In this document: positions 48,664 through 57,354 of the stretch, one piece after another
Position numbering within the stretch: the first letter of the stretch is position 1
Layout: each line of letters begins with the position of its first letter
From: Candidatus Moanibacter sp.
GTDB taxonomy: Bacteria > Verrucomicrobiota > Verrucomicrobiia > Opitutales > UBA2987
Direction of reading: 5' to 3'
DNA length: 64,000 nucleotides
NCBI GenBank assembly: GCA_965215885.1
Contig: CBDCEW010000102.1
Span: 1-64,000 of the forward strand
The notes under the pieces: generated by a model
Databases searched by the model: none
Told to the model about the DNA's origin: nothing
The model's input: the letters and a program-made list of their open reading frames with translations, nothing else
Program-made: the position numbers and the translations under genes

Positions 48664-50481
48664 TTGCGGGCAGAGGCTGAACGGGCCCTGCAAACGGTGG
48701 GGGCTGTGCCTGCGCAAACGAGTTATCGCTTCGATGCCCGGGAGGACGAAGAGGGTCCTTCAGAGGTGCGCAAGACCCTGCGCCGCAAGGTGGTCAGTTT
48801 CTCCTATGGATGCTTCCAGGCGGTGGAAGTTGTGCGCGAGCAGGGGCAAGGGAGCCACCGCAACAGCTACCGTTCTGCTCGCCTGGAACAGATCGTGCCC
48901 TCGCATAGTCGCTACGCTTACGATCTGATTGCCTATGTGGGCAAGCGATGTTTGTGCGAAAGCGCCACCCTCAAAGAGGTGCACAGGGAACTGCGCGAGG
49001 GCCCGGGGCAGCTGCAGATTGCTCAAAGCAGCCTCTATGAGATGCAGCAGAAGTTTCTTTTTTATCTGGGTCGGCTGCACGCCGCGGCCGCTCCGGTGCT
49101 TAAAGATTACCTGAGCGCTCGCCCTTGCCTGCGCTGGCTGGTGGATGGGACCGTGGAACCGCAGACGCCGGTTTTCTTCGCTGTTCAGGAAGCCGACGAA
49201 GGGATCCTTTTGGGCAGCTGGAAAATGCCTTCCGAACAGAGCGAAACGATCAGTGGCTGTTTTGCCCGGGCGGCCCGGGCTTTTGGCCAACCCCACCATG
49301 TCTATCATGATTTAAGCGCTCAGATCAGCAAGGCCTGCGAGAGCGAAACCTTCCAGGCCCCCCATGGCGTCTGCCATTATCATTTCGCCCGCAATGTGGG
49401 CGAACAGCTTTATCGAAAACCCCAGCAGATGCTCAACGGGCGCTTGCGGCAATTGAAGCTCATGGAGCGCATGCGCGAGCAACGCAAACACATCACCGCA
49501 AAGCTCCGTGACGCCCTCCGTGAAAAACACGCCCTCGTCCTGGCCGATTTGCTCACCGCCAAAGCGCTCGCAGTGCCCTTCGATCCCACCCTTGCACGGG
49601 AACTGCTCATGGCCCTGCAATTGTGGATTTTGGATTATCCCTGCGACGGTCACCGCCAGGGCTTTCCCTTCGATCCTTACCTGCTTTATTGGCATCGGCG
49701 GGTCGTGCGCGCCCATGCCGCCCTGGAGCAGTGGCTTGCCCGCGCTCCTGCCAGTTGCTCTGTTCTGCGAAGCTTCTTTCATCTTTCGACCGGGTTGAAG
49801 CAGTATCTGGCTGATGCCCTCGTCATCGAAGCCGCTACTATCTATGAAAACGCTTTTTGCATTTTCAGCGCTTTGCGCGATGCCCTTTGGCTCAGCGCCA
49901 GCGGCCCCTGCCCTTTAAGCGACCCTTATCTGTTGCAAGCAGGACAAGCCGCTGAGCTCACCGAGGCTCTCCAGTTGCTGCGTGCCCAATATCGCCAAAA
50001 AGGCGCCTCCCTGACCAACCCCTCGAAAGCCAAACTCTACCGCACCGTGGTCACTCATCTGGACAAATACTGGCAGCGGCTGCTTCCCCCACCGGCCCAT
50101 CCAGACAGCGTACGCACGACCAATGAGCTGGAAGGCACCTGGCGCACCTCCAAGCGCAAACGCCGTCAAACCCACGGGCGCAAAAATCTGACGCGCGACT
50201 TTGAAGCGCTCCCCGAAGAATACATGCTCCTGGCCAACTTACACAATCCCCGCTATGTGGAGCTGGTTTTAGGCAGTATCGATAATCTGCCCCAAAAGCT
50301 TGCCCAGGCTGCACAGAAAGCACCCCCCTTCAGTCACTGGCGGGCGAACAGAAAAACCCTCGCCGTGGGTCGATTGCCCAAAAAGCTCCTGCGAAAAGAA
50401 AACTTCCTTGAGGAACTCTTCGAAGTCTGTAATCGCCAGGATCAATCCTTAAACCCGCAACCCCATCGGATTGCCTCCTGA
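48664..50481 (+). CDS. Transposase (DDE; IS256/ISL3/MULE-like, unclassified)
   Basis: YAYDLI, LVDGT, HDL, CHYHF and RTTNELEG..R..KR motifs. Confidence 0.75.
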   Translation: MRAEAERALQTVGAVPAQTSYRFDAREDEEGPSEVRKTLRRKVVSFSYGCFQAVEVVREQGQGSHRNSYRSARLEQIVPSHSRYAYDLIAYVGKRCLCESATLKEVHRELREGPGQLQIAQSSLYEMQQKFLFYLGRLHAAAAPVLKDYLSARPCLRWLVDGTVEPQTPVFFAVQEADEGILLGSWKMPSEQSETISGCFARAARAFGQPHHVYHDLSAQISKACESETFQAPHGVCHYHFARNVGEQLYRKPQQMLNGRLRQLKLMERMREQRKHITAKLRDALREKHALVLADLLTAKALAVPFDPTLARELLMALQLWILDYPCDGHRQGFPFDPYLLYWHRRVVRAHAALEQWLARAPASCSVLRSFFHLSTGLKQYLADALVIEAATIYENAFCIFSALRDALWLSASGPCPLSDPYLLQAGQAAELTEALQLLRAQYRQKGASLTNPSKAKLYRTVVTHLDKYWQRLLPPPAHPDSVRTTNELEGTWRTSKRKRRQTHGRKNLTRDFEALPEEYMLLANLHNPRYVELVLGSIDNLPQKLAQAAQKAPPFSHWRANRKTLAVGRLPKKLLRKENFLEELFEVCNRQDQSLNPQPHRIAS

Positions 50482-50725
50482 CAACGACTCCAGTGCCCTC
50501 CCTCTGCTCCCCATTTTCTTCATGCTCTAACCAGAGAACTCCACGCAATTTGCGGGCCAACCGAAATTCAGAACGATGGGCACAAGACCGGGGCAGCCTC
50601 AGAAGCGCTAAACAGGTACCCCGGATTGCCGGGACTAGATAGGAAGATGACTCTCGCATCTGTGGGTTTGGTAGAAAACGTTTGGGGATGGGAACGAAAG
50701 TGTGAGAATCGCGTCTGAGAGACGT

Positions 50726-51478
50726 ATGCGGACATGTTTATCAAGGTCTCTTCTTATTTTATTGGGAAGTACCACACTTTTGCGAAGCGGCCTGCCTGCT
50801 GAGACATTCACAAGTTCGGAGACAAAGGTTCGCCTCATAGAGCTCTTTACCTCGGAAGGCTGCAGCAGTTGTCCACCCGCGGACCGTTGGCTGAGTAAGC
50901 TCAAGGATTCCCCAGACTTATGGTCTAAGTTCGTTCCTTTAGCATTTCACGTAGACTACTGGGACTCCATCGGGTGGAAAGATCCCTTTGCTTCACGGGG
51001 CAATTCGGAACGCCAGCGATCATACGCCAGGATTGGTGCAGGGCGGGTATACACACCGGCATTCTTTCTCAATGGAAAGGAGTGGAGGGGATTCTTTCGA
51101 GGCGAGCGGCTTTCGCCAGAAGAGACTGAAAAGATCGGTATCCTCTCCGCTGAGGGAAAGGGCGATGGCCGCTTCAATGTAACCTTTTCACCACTACGAT
51201 CGAAAAATGAATCCTACGTCCTGCACGCGGCCCTTCTCGGTTTTGGTCTGAAATCCAGTGTAGACCGCGGCGAAAATCGCGGACGTCTCCTCGAGCATGA
51301 TTTTGTCGTCCTGCGGCTTCAGAAAACTCGTATGAAAGGCTTCCATCAGGTCTACAGAACGGATGTGTATCTGGAGCCTCCCCTCGAGACGGAAGTGACG
51401 AAATATGCGACAGCATTTTGGATCTCGAGAGAGGAAGGTCTCGAACCATTACAAGCGACAGGGGGTTTTATCGACTAG
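50726..51478 (+). CDS. DUF1223 thioredoxin-like secreted protein
   Basis: ELFTSEGCSSCPPAD and FHVDYWD..GWKDPF motifs. Confidence 0.9.
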   Translation: MRTCLSRSLLILLGSTTLLRSGLPAETFTSSETKVRLIELFTSEGCSSCPPADRWLSKLKDSPDLWSKFVPLAFHVDYWDSIGWKDPFASRGNSERQRSYARIGAGRVYTPAFFLNGKEWRGFFRGERLSPEETEKIGILSAEGKGDGRFNVTFSPLRSKNESYVLHAALLGFGLKSSVDRGENRGRLLEHDFVVLRLQKTRMKGFHQVYRTDVYLEPPLETEVTKYATAFWISREEGLEPLQATGGFID

Positions 51479-51656
51479 CCCGAACATTTCACAAACCTTC
51501 TACTACGACCGCGGATTTCACTGCATATCAAAGCCTTTCCTTGCACGGCGACCTCAGAGGGTTCCAACACACTGTCGCCCGCCGTCCTGCGAAAAGGCTT
51601 TGATACGCAGCAACCTACGCAGTCTCGCTACGAAGTGTGTGAAATGTCCGGGCTAG
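51475..51656. mobile_element. 182-bp MITE (CTAGCCCG...CGGGCTAG), copy 1
   Basis: IR CTAGCCCGAACATTTCACA / TGTGAAATGTCCGGGCTAG; homologous to 55086-55267. Confidence 0.8.
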
Positions 51657-52894
51657 CCCCTTCGGCGGCGTTTCAGATTCAACTCCGCCGCATTGCTAAA
51701 ACCCTTGTTGCGTCGCTTCGGTTGCGGCTTCTTATCCTCCAGAACGGGCGACCAGTTGTAATCGAAGCCCTCTACTCTCTTTCGTTCGATGGGCTGTCCC
51801 ACAAAGTTCTCGATTCCGCGCAGAAAGTCTCTGTCACTTGCTGTGAACAAAGTTACCGCGTCGCCCTCTTTGCTCATTCGACCGGTTCGCCCGAGTCGAT
51901 GAACATAATCCTCGGGATGCTGTGGAATGTCATAATTGATGACGTGACTTACGTCCGCGATGTCGATGCCGCGTGAAACAATATCAGTGGCAACAAGAAT
52001 ATCCACTTTCCCGTTTTTGAATCCCATCAAGGCACTATCACGCTCCTTCTGGGAGCGATCTGAGTGAAGAATCGCCGAATTGTGCCTCGCCGAGGAAAGC
52101 CATCTTCCGATCATCTCAGCGCCGACCTTGGTCCGGCAAAAAATAAGCACGCTCTTAAATTCGTCCCTTTTCAATATTTCCAGGAGAAGGTCGAATTTTT
52201 GCCGGTCGTCGACCGGGAAGACGGCGTGGCTGATTTTTGCCGCCAATTCTGTTCCACTGCCAATCGCTACGCGGACAGGATTCCGCAGGACCCATCCGGC
52301 CATGGTATCGATCTCAGGCACCAGAGTCGCGGAAAAGAGCATGCTCTGTCGCTTTCGCGGACACTCCCGTATTATTCTCCGAACGTCGGGAATGAACCCC
52401 ATGTCGAGCATTCTGTCCGCCTCGTCGAGGATGAGGATTTCGATCTGCCTGAGTGAAAGTGTTCGCTGGCCCAGATGGTCGAGCAATCTTCCTGGTGTGG
52501 CGACGACAATATCGGCTCCCTCTTTCAATTCCTGCCGCTGCTTCCCGTATCCAACGCCACCGTGCAAGAGGGTGACACGAAGATTGAGCGCCTTGCCATA
52601 AGCGCGGAATGCCCTCTCAACCTGTTGAGCGAGTTCCCGAGTCGGCTCCAGCACGAGGCACCGTAATTGGCCATGTTTTCGCAAAAGGGTGAGCACAGGG
52701 AGGGCAAAAGCAGCTGTCTTGCCAGTTCCTGTCTGGGCGGCGCCGATGATATCCTTACCATTCAGTACTAAAGGTATTGCTCGGGCCTGAATCGGAGTCG
52801 GTTCCTCGTACCCCTGTGCCTCGACGCCCCGTAGCACCGCTTCGCTGAGATTGAGATTCTGAAAATTTAACTGTTTCTGAGATACGTCACTCAT
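51653..52894 (-). CDS. rhlE: DEAD-box RNA helicase (RhlE-like)
   Basis: Q motif, AQTGTGKT, PTRELA, DEAD, SAT and HRLGRTGR. Confidence 0.85.
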   Translation of the reverse strand: MSDVSQKQLNFQNLNLSEAVLRGVEAQGYEEPTPIQARAIPLVLNGKDIIGAAQTGTGKTAAFALPVLTLLRKHGQLRCLVLEPTRELAQQVERAFRAYGKALNLRVTLLHGGVGYGKQRQELKEGADIVVATPGRLLDHLGQRTLSLRQIEILILDEADRMLDMGFIPDVRRIIRECPRKRQSMLFSATLVPEIDTMAGWVLRNPVRVAIGSGTELAAKISHAVFPVDDRQKFDLLLEILKRDEFKSVLIFCRTKVGAEMIGRWLSSARHNSAILHSDRSQKERDSALMGFKNGKVDILVATDIVSRGIDIADVSHVINYDIPQHPEDYVHRLGRTGRMSKEGDAVTLFTASDRDFLRGIENFVGQPIERKRVEGFDYNWSPVLEDKKPQPKRRNKGFSNAAELNLKRRRRG

Positions 52895-53106
52895 TCATTG
52901 ATTGGGATTGCAAGTGTTTGATGCTCAAACCACTCTGCTTGAATTGCAGATTTTAGACACCGCGTATTTAGGGCCAAGGCTCACTTCTTCGCAAGATTAA
53001 ATACACGGGAATCTGTTGGACTCAATATTGCAAATTCTCCTTCATACCGATCTCATTTCGACAGATCGAAGTTCAAACGAAAACCAGGCCGCGAGATTCC
53101 CTGGAA

Positions 53107-53976
53107 GTGCCATTCTCCAGAAAATCCGATTACAGAGGACGAATTGCCCCGACACCGAGCGGGCTCCTCCACCTTGGACATGCTCGCACGTTTTCAATGG
53201 CGCACGATCGGGCAAAGGAAAAATGTGGCATCCTTATCCTGCGCAACGAAGATCTGGACCATCAACGCTGCAGATCGGAATTTGTCGAGAGTATGATGAG
53301 AGATCTTCGATGGTTTGGTTTCACTTGGGAAGAAGGGCCGGATGTGGGCGGTCCTTTTTCTCCCTATGTTCAGAGCAAGAGGCTTCATCTTTATCAGGAG
53401 GTTTGGCAGAAACTCAAATCTGACGGCCTCATCTATCCATCCCCCCACTCACGTAAGGATGTAAGACGAGCCCTCCAGGCTCCTCACCAAGGAGTTGAGG
53501 AAGCAATCTTCCCACCCTCTTTGAGACCTGACGCAAGTACGGAGTCTACCCTGACGTGCCCCCAGAATCACAACTGGCGATTTCGAGTGGAGGACGGAGA
53601 AGTAATCACCTTCTCCGACGGTCGTAAAGGAGACGTTACCTATATTGCCGGAAAGGATTTCGGCGACTTTATAGTCTGGCGAAAAGATGGTTTCCCTTCT
53701 TACGAGTTAGCCGTCGTAACCGATGACCGTGCAATGAAGATCACCGAGGTCGTCCGCGGGGAAGATCTCCTTGTATCCACGGCAAGGCAATTGCTGATAT
53801 ACAGGGCTCTCGGCTGGACTCCACCAGACTTTTTTCATTGCCCCCTGGTGCGGGATGAGACAGGGAAACGCATGGCAAAAAGATCCGATTCACTCAGCCT
53901 GCACCACTTCCGCAATAAGGGGTTGGATCCCGCTGATATTCGAGCAAAATGGGGAGAGGAGTTTACATTTTCCTAA
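53107..53976 (+). CDS. gluQ: Glutamyl-Q tRNA(Asp) synthetase
   Basis: RIAPTPSGLLHLGH, VVRGEDL and RMAKR; no anticodon-binding domain. Confidence 0.85.
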   Translation: MPFSRKSDYRGRIAPTPSGLLHLGHARTFSMAHDRAKEKCGILILRNEDLDHQRCRSEFVESMMRDLRWFGFTWEEGPDVGGPFSPYVQSKRLHLYQEVWQKLKSDGLIYPSPHSRKDVRRALQAPHQGVEEAIFPPSLRPDASTESTLTCPQNHNWRFRVEDGEVITFSDGRKGDVTYIAGKDFGDFIVWRKDGFPSYELAVVTDDRAMKITEVVRGEDLLVSTARQLLIYRALGWTPPDFFHCPLVRDETGKRMAKRSDSLSLHHFRNKGLDPADIRAKWGEEFTFS

Positions 53977-54271
53977 AACAAGCGGGCCTCCGGTCCCACT
54001 AGGGAACCGAAGGCCCTCTCCCAATATGCAAAACACCGACAGCCATTAATGATGCAGGACCCATGCCAATAATCTCGGTAGTCCCTTATCTGCTTGCCCG
54101 CTAATGAGATAAGTTTTTCCACTCCAGTCCTCGTCTCATGGCGGTGTTCCAAACGCCGAAAAATGCAATGCATTAGCAATGCTTAAGTGCTGCAAATTGT
54201 TCCGACAAAGCCCTTGTGAAAGTAGAGAAAGAGGGGTATAAAGGGAGAGAAAAGAGAAAGAAGGAGAGCGA

Positions 54272-55089
54272 ATGGAAGAGAAGCGGAAGAAGAGGGGAGT
54301 TGGGCGCTGGATAATTCTTGGGATCGTGGTGTGGGCGGTTGGGTCGGGAACGTTAGCTGGGCGAAGCTGGACAACAACAGAGGGTGAAGAATTTGAAGCG
54401 GATCTGGTTCGGTACAAGAACGGAATAGTGATATTAAAGAAGAGCGAAGGCGGCAACACAATGTTATCGCTGGGCAAACTATCGGGGGCGGACCAGGAGT
54501 ATGTACGGGAAAAATATCCCGAGGGAGACAGGAAGGAAGCGGAGCGAGTAACGCGACAGGCACGGCCGGTGCCGAAACCGGCCCCTCAATCGAGGGAGGC
54601 GCCGCCGGCAATGCAACGGCAGCCGGAAAGGAGGCAGCCACAAGGACCAACTCCCTATTTGAAGGAACTCAATCCGGGAGATTTGGCGCCCGAAGTAATT
54701 GGGCGACTACCAAAGAGCGGGGAGAAGATGGAACTTACCAAGCTGAAGGGAACACTGGTTCTGATCGATTTTTTTCGATACAGAACCAAAGGACACGGAA
54801 GGAGATGCCGGCCGTAGTGGCGGCCTACAGGAAGTACGGTGGAAAGGGTTTCGAAATAATCGGCGTCACGCTTGAAAGCGACTATCGGTCCCTCTATAAA
54901 TTCAAGCAGGCCTACGGGGTTACGTGGTCAACGACAACGGATAAGTATAAGAGACTCGTGAATCGATGGGGCGTTGTTGCCATACCGACACGGGTACTTG
55001 TCGACCAGAATGGGTATATTTTGAAGGAGCATGTTCACGCTCAGAACCTGGACGCCACGATTCAGAAATATCTCAGGCGGAGGCGCTAG
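54272..55089 (+). pseudogene. SHD1-domain + TlpA/redoxin-like protein, frameshifted at a T7 run (54769-54775)
   Basis: Signal peptide; RSWTTTEGEEFEADL..LSGADQEYV (SHD1); adding one T gives VLIDFFSIQNQRTRKEMPAVVAAYRKY..KGFEIIGV..IPT.VLVD. Confidence 0.75.
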
Positions 55090-55267
55090 CCCGCAAATTT
55101 CACAAGCCATCTGCTACGACAGCGGATCTTACGGCACCTCAAGGACTTGGCTCGTCCGCCGACTTCCACGTGTTCCAACACACCGTCATCCGCCGGACTT
55201 TGGTAAGCCCTTGATCCGCCGCAACCTCCGCTGTCTCGCGACGAAGTGTGTGAAATATGCGGGCTAG
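55086..55267. mobile_element. 182-bp MITE, copy 2
   Basis: IR CTAGCCCGCAAATTTCACA / TGTGAAATATGCGGGCTAG. Confidence 0.8.
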
Positions 55268-55302
55268 GAATCTGCCGGGCTTGGAGTCCGACAGATTCCT
55301 AG
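55264..55302. repeat. 39-bp palindromic mini-element
   Basis: CTAGGAATCTGCCGGGCT-TGG-AGTCCGACAGATTCCTAG. Confidence 0.7.
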
Positions 55303-56051
55303 CTGCATCGAATCCAAACAGTCGCCTGGGCCACGCTCCACTGAAATTTTCGGGCGTGTTCGCGAATAAGGAAGGGCATATCCCTGGCGGAAACCAATTC
55401 AAATTCGCCGTCGAGGATCACTTTTATTACATCGAGGGGAGCGCCTGAATCGGGAGTACCGCCCAACCAGTTCCGTCGCGGGGTATGGTCTTGAGACCAG
55501 GTGTTGGGAGTGGTAAGGATCAGTTGCCGGCCCGGTTTGAGGAGGGAACTGAATCGGGCGAGCAATTGGCGTGGATGAGTCATTCGGCAGAGAATATTAG
55601 CGGCGTGCACAACATCGAAAGTACCGATTGACTCGGGCAGGCTGTGAGCGTCTCCGATCTGGAAGTGAACCCGGCTTCGATCGATACCAACCGGGACGAG
55701 TGCGAGAGCGGGTTCAACGACTTCGCCCACAATCTTCTTCCGATAATTCAACTCACCGAATTCTCTGAGGGTATTCGCGGCCCCGATAAAAGTGGCAGAA
55801 TAATCGATAGCGACCACCTCAGCACAATAGCGTGCCAGCTCAAAACTTGAACGGCCTACGGCACAACCGAGATCCAGGGCACGCGCCGGGAAGGGCAACA
55901 CATTGCGGTCGAGACACTCCGATATGGATCGGCGTGGAAAGCCGAGCGCACTCTTGGGACCAAACGGATAGGGTAGAATCTCCTCAGGATCGCCGTAATG
56001 GAAGAGAAGATACTCCTGGAGTAACTCATCCGATTCATAAAGATTCTCCAT
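55299..56051 (-). CDS. SAM-dependent methyltransferase resembling the OvoA C-terminal (4-mercaptohistidine N1-methyltransferase) domain
   Basis: YESD.LL.EYLLFHYG, ALDLGCAVGRSSFELA and PFLIREHARKFQW motifs. Confidence 0.8.
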   Translation of the reverse strand: MENLYESDELLQEYLLFHYGDPEEILPYPFGPKSALGFPRRSISECLDRNVLPFPARALDLGCAVGRSSFELARYCAEVVAIDYSATFIGAANTLREFGELNYRKKIVGEVVEPALALVPVGIDRSRVHFQIGDAHSLPESIGTFDVVHAANILCRMTHPRQLLARFSSLLKPGRQLILTTPNTWSQDHTPRRNWLGGTPDSGAPLDVIKVILDGEFELVSARDMPFLIREHARKFQWSVAQATVWIRCS

Positions 56052-56106
56052 GGCGAGTAATCAAACCGTAGATGACCTCCCGCAGGAGTCGGAGCCGAAA
56101 GCGTCC

Positions 56107-57261
56107 TTAGTTCTCCAGCAGAGAGATCAGGTAAGCGGTAGGTTTATAATTGGCCAGGACTACGGTAGTAGAGCCGCCGCGATTCATACGCACTTCCGGG
56201 ATGTTTATCTCCGGAGTCTTAAAGGGAGCGAATAGGATATCGTCATGCGTTGCATTCTTATGCTCGGAAAACAGATCCGGCGTGAGGTGACCTCCTAGAT
56301 GATCGCTACGACCGGTAGCAACGTGGATCGTACCGAGGATTTTCTCGTCCTGAATATCGCGGCCGGAGACAGGTAAGACTTGCGTGCCGAAGCCCAATTC
56401 ACCGATTTCGCCGGTTACAGGGTCCGAAGAGAGTTTTTCATTGTGCGCATCGATCGTACTCTGCTCTCCGCTGAGTAGTTGGGCTTTCCTGATACGGCCG
56501 CCACTCACTTCCATGATACCGATACTGCTGTCGCTGTAATACATAGGGAATTCTCCCTCCGCCCCTTCAGGAACGAAATAGACTTCCCCGGCCGGTAAAT
56601 TGGCAACGTCAGGGGTTTTGCCGCGGCAGAGCCCATGGCTTTTCTGCGCCTCCTGCTCATTGCAGATAAGCCTGAGCACGTAGAGATCCCCCGATACCTC
56701 GAAATCGATCTCGAAGGAATCGGCCCTGGTCATTCCGGCGCGGAGTTTCTCCGCGTCGTGGCTCACCTCATTGTAATCGACGCAAAGGCCCGAAGTGAGA
56801 ATCGTTTCATTCAGCCCGTGCAGAGTGGCGCCTCGAAAACCGAATCGTTTTGCCGAGGCTGTCAGAGGCGCGGTGGCTGAATATGTGGAAATGCACAGGA
56901 AGATATCAATTGCGGGGTAGAGCTCTCCTTCAAAGCTCATGCAGTTTCCGTCGACGTCATACGCTTCATCCGGAAGATCGAGGTTGCTGCCCCCGGTAAC
57001 CTTATAGGCAAACATGTCGCCGCCTGTGAGGCCCAGACCGTCGAGTTCTCCGTTCCCGAATGCCTTGTGAAAAATGGAATAGGCATATTGTTGAATGGAG
57101 AGCGATGGATCCTTCAGAAAAGCGAAGTCCTTTATTTGGGAGGGTTCTTCCAGGTCGATAAGGATCGCTACACGCTCGCCTCCCTCGGGTTCGAATACCG
57201 TATCGAGAAGTCGGGTAATACTGAAGGGCGGGAACGTGCGCTGTGAAGGATTCAGGATCAT
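56107..57261 (-). CDS. Aminopeptidase-like protein (M29/thermophilic metalloprotease fold)
   Basis: NLPAGEVY, IGELGFG and DEKILGTIHVATG motifs. Confidence 0.7.
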   Translation of the reverse strand: MILNPSQRTFPPFSITRLLDTVFEPEGGERVAILIDLEEPSQIKDFAFLKDPSLSIQQYAYSIFHKAFGNGELDGLGLTGGDMFAYKVTGGSNLDLPDEAYDVDGNCMSFEGELYPAIDIFLCISTYSATAPLTASAKRFGFRGATLHGLNETILTSGLCVDYNEVSHDAEKLRAGMTRADSFEIDFEVSGDLYVLRLICNEQEAQKSHGLCRGKTPDVANLPAGEVYFVPEGAEGEFPMYYSDSSIGIMEVSGGRIRKAQLLSGEQSTIDAHNEKLSSDPVTGEIGELGFGTQVLPVSGRDIQDEKILGTIHVATGRSDHLGGHLTPDLFSEHKNATHDDILFAPFKTPEINIPEVRMNRGGSTTVVLANYKPTAYLISLLEN

Positions 57262-57354
57262 GTTATGGCGGTTATAGTATGTGCGTTTTGCTTTGTAAAG
57301 CATCCGATGCATTCTCGTTGCATTTCTCCAGGCCAATTCCTATTAGTTTCAACT

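Larger units (their letters stand above)
47396..50638 (+). mobile_element. Unclassified two-ORF IS with nested/bipartite inverted ends, CTAG-flanked
   Basis: CTAGTCCCGGC/GCCGGGACTAG outer IR; perfect 20-bp IR 47437-47456/50579-50598. Confidence 0.75.
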
